A stretch of DNA of 64,000 nucleotides from a virus. The notes beneath the pieces are model-generated. The model was not told where the DNA came from. It did no database searches and saw only the letters and a list, made by a program, of their open reading frames with translations. Shown here piece after piece: positions 42,166-50,182 of this stretch. How positions within the stretch are numbered: position 1 is the stretch's first letter; each line of letters starts with the position of its first letter. The stretch spans positions 32,001 through 96,000 of IMG/VR virus record IMGVR_UViG_3300020048_000054, one strand, 5' to 3'. Both the position numbers and the translations under genes were made by a program.

Positions 42166-43536
42166 ATGTCAGGAATACGAAGAAACACAAAAAGAACATT
42201 CACACAGAAAGACAAGAGATCATTTCATCTTGTTGGCAGTGATCTGTTCTTTGGATTGGTGTTTGCTTCGAAGCAGAGTTATTACTATAAGGTAAATAGA
42301 AACTTAGTAACAACTCCGTCTTTCACATTCTATAGCAATCAGACTAAAGTAATAATTGATTATAGTAATTCTAAGAACGCAGATGATCTGTCGTATATCG
42401 CTTCATTCTTTAATTCTCTTACTTCAGGAATTACATTTGAATATACCGATACTATCTATGTGAATGATGCATCTGGTACATCAGCTGACCTTTCTGGCAT
42501 TTATCAGTTCACATCATTTGAACAAAATAAGTTAATAAAAGCTAACTTAATTTCAAATGCTAGTATGCCCTCTTCTAGAGATTTCTATAATTCTAAATTC
42601 TTTACAGACACACCACAGCTGAATAAATCCGGTGGAGTTTCCGATACTCAACAAAGAACCAATATAATTAAAAATACTATTCCAAATGGATTGTATTCAT
42701 TTACTCGGTTGGGTGTTGTGGTTGGTGACTATGTTGATTTTTCTGGAACTGACAATAATAAATGGATGAAGTTAAAAGTAAAAGATCTATTCATCGATAC
42801 TGATGGCTTTGAATGTATTGAAGTAGAATCGGCAATCGCTGATGAGAATCTGATAGGAAATGGTATCCTAGTTAATTTATACTTCGAAGGAGAATCTTCA
42901 ACAGAAGTCAACTTGAATGATAAGACTTATGGAACCTGCGTGCTTACATTTGCAAATGGTTCTAGTAGATGTTTACCATGCCAAAATGCATTTCAATGCA
43001 CAGATAGATCAGCACAGCTAAAAGCAGTATCGGCAACATATACTCCATACGTCACCTGCGATGATATCAATTCACTATCAACAACAGTTGCAACAGTTGC
43101 ATCAACAAATACAACTGCTGTAGTGCCGACTCCCACCGTTGCTCTAACAACAACCGATGCCACCACAACATTAGCTATATCAAGCACTGTTAGACCTAAA
43201 ACTACAGTTAAGAATATAAGTATAAAGCTAGCAACAATAGGCGGAAAACTAACAATAACTCAAGATGGAATAGCATTAAACGAAGTTGCTGTTGGAATTG
43301 ATACCACTATAAAGATATCAACTAGCGATCCGACTTTATTAAATTATTCGTTTGCGTTCTCTTCTACAAATCCAGAAAAAATAGTAACACCAATCGTGGA
43401 TAATATTATTAATATTGGAAAGCCAGGAACATCAAGTTCATATATTTCAATACAGACTGGTAAACAAAATAAAGAAATATATCTAACGTCTTCTTCTAAT
43501 AGAAGTTTGTTCTTTAAAATAAAAATAGTTAAATAA
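42166..43536 (+). CDS. Hypothetical protein (probably structural)
   Basis: 456-aa ORF translationally coupled to the previous gene. Confidence 0.5.
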   Translation: MSGIRRNTKRTFTQKDKRSFHLVGSDLFFGLVFASKQSYYYKVNRNLVTTPSFTFYSNQTKVIIDYSNSKNADDLSYIASFFNSLTSGITFEYTDTIYVNDASGTSADLSGIYQFTSFEQNKLIKANLISNASMPSSRDFYNSKFFTDTPQLNKSGGVSDTQQRTNIIKNTIPNGLYSFTRLGVVVGDYVDFSGTDNNKWMKLKVKDLFIDTDGFECIEVESAIADENLIGNGILVNLYFEGESSTEVNLNDKTYGTCVLTFANGSSRCLPCQNAFQCTDRSAQLKAVSATYTPYVTCDDINSLSTTVATVASTNTTAVVPTPTVALTTTDATTTLAISSTVRPKTTVKNISIKLATIGGKLTITQDGIALNEVAVGIDTTIKISTSDPTLLNYSFAFSSTNPEKIVTPIVDNIINIGKPGTSSSYISIQTGKQNKEIYLTSSSNRSLFFKIKIVK

Positions 43537-43559
43537 AAACACCCCTGTTGCCAGAGGTG
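43535..43559 (-). terminator. Intrinsic terminator ending the tmRNA coding piece
   Basis: Minus strand CACCTCTG-GCAA-CAGGGGTG-TTTT. Confidence 0.8.
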
Positions 43560-43820
43560 AGTCAATTCAGATGCGGGATGACCAGTCCCCACTGCTTTAA
43601 GCAGCCATTGCTAATTGGTTAGCAATCATGGTTTGCAACTGTTTATTTACGTTTCTTGTTACCCGAAACGGACATCTACTTCTTCACTACTACTTGCCAA
43701 TCGATACCTTATCGGGCCCCTTAACAACTAATACTTGGGTTGGTTCCCGTGAACCGAATGGACCCGAGGGGAGTCGAACCCCTGTGTTGTGCAACTCTCG
43801 TTCCAATATCAACAATGTCA
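43540..43820 (-). ncRNA. ssrA: Circularly permuted (two-piece) tmRNA
   Basis: The acceptor piece (T-arm AGGGG-TTCGACT-CCCCT, then CGGGTCC-A, 43783-43759) comes before the coding piece (5' GGGCCCG at 43719). The 7-bp acceptor stem has G3:U. pk1 is CGTTTC/GAAACG plus GTAAC/GTTGC. The tag ORF ANQLAMAA* spans 43623-43597. Confidence 0.9.
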
Positions 43821-43821
43821 A

Positions 43822-43904
43822 TGCAAGAGGAGGGATTCGAACCTTCGTAGAAATGAATCAGCAGATTTACAGTCTGCCCTCGTTGTCCGCTTGAGTACTC
43901 TTGC
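43822..43904 (-). tRNA. tRNA-Tyr(GTA)
   Basis: Cloverleaf; anticodon arm GCAGA-CTGTAAA-TCTGC; long variable arm; no encoded CCA. Confidence 0.92.
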
Positions 43905-43912
43905 TTATTATA

Positions 43913-44293
43913 TCAAAGCTTAGCGCGTGTTAAATTTAATAGTTTATGAATTTGCAAATCACACTGAGTGTCTCTTTGTTTACCTGGCCAGAAGATATAA
44001 TCTTTGGCAATATTCTTCTTCAAACTTACAAGCAATGGCAGAATAACCTTTTCTATTTCTCCCATTCGTGCCTTTAGCAACTCATCGTATTGATTCTTAA
44101 CAGCAATAGCCCCATCACATGTGGAGTTAATTTCTAGGATCATATCGAGCTTAGCTTTAATCGCTGCAATCTCATCTGAGTCTGCAGGGGGTGGTGCTAT
44201 AAGCTCGCCTAGTTCGCTTTCATTGACTGTACTAAAACCAAAGTCAGTATTTAAAAGAGAAGGGTCGATGTTGTACGAGAAAGGATCTGCCAT
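43913..44293 (-). CDS. Conserved hypothetical T4-like phage protein
   Basis: DFGFSTV..E and ILPLL..LKKN..KDYI.WP motifs. Confidence 0.7.
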   Translation of the reverse strand: MADPFSYNIDPSLLNTDFGFSTVNESELGELIAPPPADSDEIAAIKAKLDMILEINSTCDGAIAVKNQYDELLKARMGEIEKVILPLLVSLKKNIAKDYIFWPGKQRDTQCDLQIHKLLNLTRAKL

Positions 44294-44312
44294 AGTATTA
44301 TATATTCGTAAA

Positions 44313-44385
44313 TAGGATGTATAGGATTCGAACCTATTGCCACCTCGTTATAAGCAAGGCTGGGCCTCCCAGACCCCCACATCCC
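44313..44385 (-). tRNA. tRNA-Ile(TAT), non-canonical D-arm
   Basis: Acceptor GGGATGT/ACATCCT; anticodon arm CCTTG-CTTATAA-CGAGG; T-arm ATAGG-TTCGAAT-CCTAT. Confidence 0.75.
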
Positions 44386-44421
44386 GTGTGGTGTATCAAT
44401 TATACACTGATGTTTGGTAAG

Positions 44422-44649
44422 TTACAACCAATAAATGTTACTTTTTTTATTGGTTACATGTCCCTTTTCATTTTTCACCAAGTAATTACTATTCTGTCGA
44501 TCTTCATCGTTACCTAACCTGTAGTTGATTTGCTCTACTCCTACTGGCAGTAGTTTAGTCTTATCTAACAATTCAATTACTTGCTTAGTAACAGCAACTG
44601 CTTCTTCTTCTGAAAGTTGTAGAGGAATATCAATATGAATTCTGAACAT
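44422..44649 (-). CDS. Hypothetical protein
   Basis: Start MFRIH with AAGGAG RBS; the upstream extension in the ORF track overlaps tRNA-Leu. Confidence 0.6.
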   Translation of the reverse strand: MFRIHIDIPLQLSEEEAVAVTKQVIELLDKTKLLPVGVEQINYRLGNDEDRQNSNYLVKNEKGHVTNKKSNIYWL

Positions 44650-44664
44650 AATCTCTCCTTTAAA

Positions 44665-44748
44665 TAGCACGGGTGGGACTTGAACCCACAAGACTTTACA
44701 GTCGGCAGATTTTAAGTCTGCTGCGTATGCCAATTCCGCCACCGCGCC
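44665..44748 (-). tRNA. tRNA-Leu(TAA)
   Basis: GCAGA-CTTAAAA-TCTGC anticodon arm; long variable arm; GGTTCAAGTCC T-loop. Confidence 0.93.
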
Positions 44749-44772
44749 ATGATTGCCCCCGTGGGCAATGTT

Positions 44773-45066
44773 TTAAGCCTTCTCGTTCATGCGATCAATT
44801 GTACGCTCAAGTGTCGAAATACGGTCACTGTATTCACGGCGAAGTTCGTCTTCACGAGCAAATTCAGTAGCAGCTCGTAGATCTTCCTTAGTGTTTCGCG
44901 CATAGCGGAGTAGTGTTGAAACACCAAAACCAAGACAGATTACAGCAGCAACGCCAGCACCGGAAACCCAATCGGATGATTCAATCGTTGCAGAGTTAAG
45001 AAAGACTGCACCAAAAACAACAGCTCCAACAAAATAGTGATGATAATTAACTTCACGGTAAAACAT
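44773..45066 (-). CDS. Small membrane protein (two hydrophobic helices)
   Basis: Start MFYREV after AAGGA; two hydrophobic segments and a charged C-terminus. Confidence 0.55.
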   Translation of the reverse strand: MFYREVNYHHYFVGAVVFGAVFLNSATIESSDWVSGAGVAAVICLGFGVSTLLRYARNTKEDLRAATEFAREDELRREYSDRISTLERTIDRMNEKA

Positions 45067-45097
45067 AAAATTTCCTTTTTTATAAGGTATGAGTAAT

Positions 45098-45475
45098 TTA
45101 GTATTCAATTCGTTGAACACCATAGTCTGTAGTATAGTGTATTGTATGGAAAACTTCAATACACCAAGGTAAACATTTTTCACATGGCTTGGACATTCGC
45201 ATCTGCCCAAACTTATTAAACCTAACATTAATTAGATGTAGTTTTTTGCCTTTGTCTTCTTTTGTAAGTTTCCTAAAAGCGTCTAGCTCTGAGTGCATTT
45301 CTTCGAAGTTATATCCAATCTCTTTTGCCATTGGATGTGTTTTAAAGAAATTCATGCCAGTTGCAATGATTCTCTTTTTGCATATAATCAGAGAAACATG
45401 TTTTTTCTGCCTTGGTATAGTCAAGCAGATAGGATAAGCCATTTGAAGATATTCTTCTGCTTGAGCAATAACCAT
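45098..45475 (-). CDS. Cytidine/dCMP deaminase-superfamily zinc enzyme
   Basis: H..IIATG.N..KTHP, HSE and SKPCEKC motifs. Confidence 0.8.
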   Translation of the reverse strand: MVIAQAEEYLQMAYPICLTIPRQKKHVSLIICKKRIIATGMNFFKTHPMAKEIGYNFEEMHSELDAFRKLTKEDKGKKLHLINVRFNKFGQMRMSKPCEKCLPWCIEVFHTIHYTTDYGVQRIEY

Positions 45476-45481
45476 GAGTGA

Positions 45482-45509
45482 ATTATAACAAGATACACAA
45501 ACTAGTCAA
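45482..45509 (-). promoter_or_regulatory. Sigma70-type promoter (TTGACT-16-TATAAT) for the deaminase, near-leaderless
   Basis: The ATG lies 6 nt after the -10 box. Confidence 0.65.
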
Positions 45510-45697
45510 GAACTAATTTGAGTATATTTCACTAAAGCTTCCCAATCATCGGTTATATGAACATCTGCTCCTGTTATACCGGGAACTCTTTTACCATCGA
45601 CTATAACATAGGTGCCAGTTATTCCACCAGTTATTCCACCCACTCCGTATTTAAGGTACACAACAGGTATGATGTTTATGTTTTCGTTGAATGCCAT
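45506..45697 (-). CDS. Small hypothetical protein with GITG repeats
   Basis: 63-aa ORF with GGITGGITG..GITG. Confidence 0.5.
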   Translation of the reverse strand: MAFNENINIIPVVYLKYGVGGITGGITGTYVIVDGKRVPGITGADVHITDDWEALVKYTQISS

Positions 45698-45711
45698 ATT
45701 AGTATGTAGAT

Positions 45712-45811
45712 AAAAATAACCGGGGAGTGCCCAACTCCCCGGTCTGACGGTCGAAAGGTAGCGAAGTTCCTTTTTCGCATGAACTGCGTAGTTCGCGAGT
45801 GTAGCCCGTCA
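45712..45811 (-). ncRNA. Candidate structured small RNA with its own terminator
   Basis: TGACGG/CCGTCA closing stem encloses two hairpins, then ACCGGGGAGT/ACTCCCCGGT and a T-run; CATAAATA at 45815-45822. Confidence 0.45.
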
Positions 45812-45840
45812 TGTTATTTATGCATATACATATTTCTACT

Positions 45841-48192
45841 ATGACATGGTTAGAACCCTATAACTCAAATCTCACTACACTTGTTGATATCTACAAATAT
45901 GGTGGTCACCATCATCAGTATCCGGAATTTGCCCAATTCCCAATATCTGAAGTAAATACTTCGGCATTTTTTAGAAATGAAACAGTAGTTGTTAGTAATC
46001 AATCAATTAACTATAGTGCAAATTTTAGTGGATGTACTGTTAATCCTGCTGGCAAATCACACGGAGATAATGGTGGTATTTGGTGTGGTGCTTCTTGCAA
46101 TTCTCAAAGTCGTCCGTGGCCTTTCTGCAAAGCATGGTGGTTGTATTGTGCTGTGGGATCACAGCAGGAGGCTGCGAACAATGGGTGTGCAGATATAACT
46201 CCACAAAACAGCATTGATATTTTTGGTTCTTCTATAGTACCAGATGGTGGTCTTCCATATCCAACAAGACTTATAGATCCATTTGATGTAGATATTATGC
46301 CCATCGATGATCCAGATGGAGATAATCCAATACAGAATTATAGATATTGGAATAATTCTAATCTTTGGTACAATGCATTTAATAATGGTATGGTTTTGAT
46401 TAAAAATAATGGTCCTGCTTATGAAGACGGTGGAGAAGAATATTTAATATCAGTAGGGCATCCAATAACAGCACAACCATGTGAAAGAGATCAAACATTT
46501 TCATTCTTTGATTCAAGTAGCCAACAGACTATAAGTAGGGTATTTCAATGCCCATGTGTTGCTTGGGATCTTCCAGTTTCTAGTTTTGCGTGTTCTGCAC
46601 CAAATGGGATGTTAACTCAAGACAGTTATAGACTATGGGTAATGAAACGAGGACAACAACCAATACCTAGTAGCATATTACGACACAAAATTTTATTGGG
46701 AACTCTTCCCACTAATATAATGGATATTAATAAAGGTTGGCCGGTATATGATGTAGATTCTCATATGAGAGTTTCTAAGTATTTGGTGTTCAAAAAAACA
46801 AATGGTAATATTGATGCAGTACCAGATAGATCTTTAGGAAAAACAGAGATGATTTCGTATGGCGGCTTTACTCAAAATTTGTGGCAGAGTACATTCTCTG
46901 GCCAGGGTGATGATGGACATCCATCTTTTACAATAACACAATCTTCTACTCCAGAAACTATATTCATGGGTTGGAATTATGTGGCAACTAAATGTTCAAG
47001 TAAAATTCAACCATTAGACAAAACCAGCGCAGAAAACCTATATCGTAAAGTGTTCGATGGTGGACCAAACGGGTTTATGTCTATTACTGTAAATCAAGAA
47101 TTGGATCCAGGAGTATTTAATCCAACAAGTTTTAGTACTTATGATCCAAATGATTTTTCAACAGATCCCGCTAGTTATCGCGGTACTTCTCAGGGTGGTC
47201 AACCCGGTAAAGCCGGTCTGGCTTTAGCATTTTCAACTCAAATTCTATTAAAAAATTTAGAGAAACCAGAAATAGTATTTTATCAATTTCCAGGACAGAT
47301 ACAACAACCAGATAATTCAACGCTAGATGCTATATCTGATAATTCCACAAAATTTCCATTAAAAGAATCTCCATATTTGTCTAGAGAATCTAAGAATAAT
47401 ATTTTTGAGAACAGTAATACTATAGCTTTTAATCAACAAACAATGTTGCAAGCAGCAGAATTAAATGAGTTACAAGAAAAATTTTATAAAAATCAAAGCT
47501 TAACTATTCGAGGGTATAATAAGTGGTTAACTAAAGCTAATTTGCAGCAAAACCCAGAAGATATATTTGGCACATATGTTAGAAAAATAAACAGACCGTT
47601 TGATAATTTTGGTTATAGCGCGAACAATATAATTCCATTAGATCCGATGTCTATTAGTATTGGCGCTTCACCAAATGGAACATATACTATAACTGCAAGC
47701 CCAGATCAATATCGTGTTGTTTCTGCACATAAAGAAATAATTAATAATGTAGACAGTTCTTTTCAAGATCAAATAAAATCAAACACCTTTATTAATAATA
47801 TAGATTATATTCACCTATTAGAAAATAAAACCATAAGTGTTGATCTCACCAGCATGACAAATACTCAAGTATGCTGGATAATTTTCACAATTGATACTGG
47901 TAATATAATTACTTGTAATGAATATCCGGAGCTAAAAGATAATACAGGAGGAGACTCTGCAAATGCACCATGTGGTGCATCTAGAAATTTACTAAGAATT
48001 GAAGGTTCTCTTAGTAACACATTGATCTTGATATCTGATATCGGAACAACAACAGTTATATCCAGTATGAATGACAGTCCAGTAAACAATGCAGCAAATG
48101 CAACAAAACCACCAAAATTTATTTTAGCATATGCCAAAAAAGAAAATGGTGTGATAACATTCTACCACTCAAACGGAATCAAGATTCAGTAG
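45841..48192 (+). CDS. Large putative virion protein; C-terminus paralogous to 20025..20759
   Basis: IAF..LQAAELNELQ and CGASR motifs and the terminal N.IKI resemble the 20025..20759 product. Confidence 0.55.
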   Translation: MTWLEPYNSNLTTLVDIYKYGGHHHQYPEFAQFPISEVNTSAFFRNETVVVSNQSINYSANFSGCTVNPAGKSHGDNGGIWCGASCNSQSRPWPFCKAWWLYCAVGSQQEAANNGCADITPQNSIDIFGSSIVPDGGLPYPTRLIDPFDVDIMPIDDPDGDNPIQNYRYWNNSNLWYNAFNNGMVLIKNNGPAYEDGGEEYLISVGHPITAQPCERDQTFSFFDSSSQQTISRVFQCPCVAWDLPVSSFACSAPNGMLTQDSYRLWVMKRGQQPIPSSILRHKILLGTLPTNIMDINKGWPVYDVDSHMRVSKYLVFKKTNGNIDAVPDRSLGKTEMISYGGFTQNLWQSTFSGQGDDGHPSFTITQSSTPETIFMGWNYVATKCSSKIQPLDKTSAENLYRKVFDGGPNGFMSITVNQELDPGVFNPTSFSTYDPNDFSTDPASYRGTSQGGQPGKAGLALAFSTQILLKNLEKPEIVFYQFPGQIQQPDNSTLDAISDNSTKFPLKESPYLSRESKNNIFENSNTIAFNQQTMLQAAELNELQEKFYKNQSLTIRGYNKWLTKANLQQNPEDIFGTYVRKINRPFDNFGYSANNIIPLDPMSISIGASPNGTYTITASPDQYRVVSAHKEIINNVDSSFQDQIKSNTFINNIDYIHLLENKTISVDLTSMTNTQVCWIIFTIDTGNIITCNEYPELKDNTGGDSANAPCGASRNLLRIEGSLSNTLILISDIGTTTVISSMNDSPVNNAANATKPPKFILAYAKKENGVITFYHSNGIKIQ

Positions 48193-48250
48193 TGGTTTGA
48201 CTTAACTTTTGTTTTAATTCTTCAATTTCTTTCATCAATCTATAAATGAC

Positions 48251-48288
48251 ATCATCCCCTCTATTTTCGTAGAGGGGATGATTTTTTA
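48251..48288. terminator. Intrinsic terminator between convergent genes
   Basis: atcatcccctcta-ttttcg-tagaggggatgat followed by a T-run. Confidence 0.75.
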
Positions 48289-48299
48289 ATAGAGATTCT

Positions 48300-48512
48300 T
48301 CAGTCTTGCAGAAAGAGTCGCTTGCTCTCATTTAGCTTTCCTTCGTTACGAATGCGGGAATCGCTTATGATCTTTTCATTAGCGTCATTCCAACCAACAG
48401 CCCATTCTTGCCAATAGCTGTTAGCTCCTTCGTGAACATTGGATGCTTTTTCTCCGCCATTAATTCTAGCTGTATATCCTGCGTCGTAGGCAGAACCGGG
48501 TGTATATGTCAT
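48300..48512 (-). CDS. Rmf/CrpP-fold-like small protein
   Basis: AYDAGY.A..G..W.EW..GW.DA pattern resembles ribosome modulation factor. Confidence 0.5.
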   Translation of the reverse strand: MTYTPGSAYDAGYTARINGGEKASNVHEGANSYWQEWAVGWNDANEKIISDSRIRNEGKLNESKRLFLQD

Positions 48513-48640
48513 TTTGACTTATCCTTTTTCTTTTTCTTTTTCTTATTGAAAATCATATCCCAATTTTCAGACCAAACTTTAGAATCTACTGGTCGGTACT
48601 TATCTCCCTTACCTGCACCATGCTTACCATTTGAACCCAT
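48509..48640 (-). CDS. Small basic hypothetical protein (GKGDKxRP..NWDxIF type)
   Basis: Reads MGSNGKHGAGKGDKYRPVDSKVWSENWDMIFNKKKKKKKDKSK*; AGGA RBS; stop overlaps the next ATG. Confidence 0.65.
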   Translation of the reverse strand: MGSNGKHGAGKGDKYRPVDSKVWSENWDMIFNKKKKKKKDKSK

Positions 48641-48673
48641 AGGTATCCTCTTTAATATCTATAATCTGCAATT

Positions 48674-49006
48674 TTATATCTTTGCAATAATCAACCCGAT
48701 AATGGCGATAATGCAACCAATAATAGTTTTCGTATCAATTCTTACGTTGTAAAGTAATATTGGAAAAACTATACACAGTATTGTGGCACCAACATCCCAA
48801 AGAATATTCGTTAGTACTAATTCTTTTGGTGACTTGATATTGCGTATTAAGAAAAACCAACCATTTGTACTAATGAATGCAGCAAGCATGCATAACCCAT
48901 AAACTGTCCAAGGTTTATCTGCATATAATTTATTATAGCATAAATCTGCATATATCCAATTGGCAATGCTAACACCAATCAAAGATGAAATAATTACAAT
49001 CCACAT
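48674..49006 (-). CDS. Small four-helix membrane protein (SMR/EamA-like)
   Basis: Four hydrophobic segments in 110 aa; start MWIVII at 49006. Confidence 0.55.
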   Translation of the reverse strand: MWIVIISSLIGVSIANWIYADLCYNKLYADKPWTVYGLCMLAAFISTNGWFFLIRNIKSPKELVLTNILWDVGATILCIVFPILLYNVRIDTKTIIGCIIAIIGLIIAKI

Positions 49007-49008
49007 AA

Positions 49009-49081
49009 CTCCTCCGACTGGATTTGAACCAGTGACATGCGAGTTAACAGCTCGCCGCTCTACCAACTGAGCTACAGAGGA
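49009..49081 (-). tRNA. tRNA-Asn(GTT)
   Basis: GCGAG-CTGTTAA-CTCGC anticodon arm; canonical D and T arms. Confidence 0.95.
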
Positions 49082-49095
49082 CCATCATAATAAAA

Positions 49096-49169
49096 CATTC
49101 CCGGTTGGATTCGAACCAACGACCACTGGCTTAGAAGGCAAGTGCTCTATCCAACTGAGCTACGAGAAT
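49096..49169 (-). tRNA. tRNA-Arg(TCT)
   Basis: CTTCTAA anticodon loop; TAGCTCAGTTGGATAGAGC D-arm; GGTTCGAATCC T-loop. Confidence 0.92.
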
Positions 49170-49202
49170 ATTTGCGATAGTATTTCATACCGCATCACTA
49201 AC

Positions 49203-49535
49203 TTAAACCGTAAGCTTCAATCCACTGTTTGCGCCAACAGGTCCATTACTTGGAACCACTAGCCCAGAGATCATTCCCTGATACTGCCCGGACATCTCTG
49301 AATCGATGTCAACGACAAACATAACAAACTTATCTGGAATTGAAATGCCAGTCTTATGTGTCTCTTCACTCAAGTAAGGCATCCACTTTGCAAATGCCAA
49401 CTTTCCTTGACCAACAGAGAACAGAATTGCAGAATCCTTGAGGATGTGACATTCTTCACCCTTGTTATACTTGCAAATAATTTCTTCACCCGAAGTCAAA
49501 CGAACCATTTTAATATTACTCATAATTTTCCTCAA
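49203..49535 (-). CDS. Conserved T4-like small protein (Sm-like fold candidate)
   Basis: IKMVRLTSGEEII, W.PY and Y..SGLVVP motifs. Confidence 0.7.
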   Translation of the reverse strand: MRKIMSNIKMVRLTSGEEIICKYNKGEECHILKDSAILFSVGQGKLAFAKWMPYLSEETHKTGISIPDKFVMFVVDIDSEMSGQYQGMISGLVVPSNGPVGANSGLKLTV

Positions 49536-49753
49536 TCACAATTACATTTACCTAGAAGCTTTTCCCAAATACTACATTTCTTTGGTACTGTTGGGACACT
49601 ACAACAAAGTTCAGTGTACCCACGATAATCAGCTACATCTTTTGGGTTTTCTTTTGCTCTGCTAAATGCACGAGCCACTTCTGCTGCAGTGAGAAGTAAG
49701 TCAATACATCTTCCATCAATATGTGCTTTTGTATAAAAATACTTTGGTTCCAT
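49532..49753 (-). CDS. Hypothetical protein
   Basis: GGAGG RBS; coupled to the downstream gene. Confidence 0.55.
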   Translation of the reverse strand: MEPKYFYTKAHIDGRCIDLLLTAAEVARAFSRAKENPKDVADYRGYTELCCSVPTVPKKCSIWEKLLGKCNCD

Positions 49754-49780
49754 ATAGATCCTCCATAATATCTATACACG

Positions 49781-49811
49781 AAAAGGGGGTGTTGATTGCT
49801 CAACACCCCCT
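49781..49811 (-). terminator. Intrinsic terminator
   Basis: Minus strand AGGGGGTGTTGA-GCAA-TCAACACCCCCT-TTT. Confidence 0.75.
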
Positions 49812-49830
49812 CGCAGAAACAAACATCCAA

Positions 49831-50100
49831 TCAAAGCATATAGCGCGAACCATCGGGACGGAACCCGTAGGTGCGATCACCGGGATGTGTGTCAACCATA
49901 CTGTAACGAGTCTTACCCGTTGCAGAAATATCAGTCTCAACTTGCCAGTTGTCATGACGCTCAACAAGCTCACGAATGTTGCTCATGGTGGCGCGAAGAT
50001 TCTTCACACCAAATCGAGCGCGTGCTTCGGAGGCGGTAATAGTCTTACCGTTTGCGAGATAGTTAATAACCTTACGAGTCTTGCTAATAGTGTTAGCCAT
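49831..50100 (-). CDS. Helix-turn-helix DNA-binding protein
   Basis: VINYL..GKTITA.EA.ARFGV.NLRA..S.IR winged-HTH pattern. Confidence 0.7.
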   Translation of the reverse strand: MANTISKTRKVINYLANGKTITASEARARFGVKNLRATMSNIRELVERHDNWQVETDISATGKTRYSMVDTHPGDRTYGFRPDGSRYML

Positions 50101-50182
50101 AATTTACAATCCTTTACTAGACTTTGTTAGAAGAGATTAATGGTGTAAGTCTATACAATCACCATTAGTTTAACTTAGTTCA

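Noticed and set aside
43628-43894. 88-aa plus-strand ORF
   Set aside because: It is antisense to the tmRNA and tRNA-Tyr, so a shadow ORF.
45740-45770. Hammerhead ribozyme (CTGACGG..GAAA on the + strand)
   Set aside because: The core is not CUGANGA and the stems do not fit the hammerhead topology.
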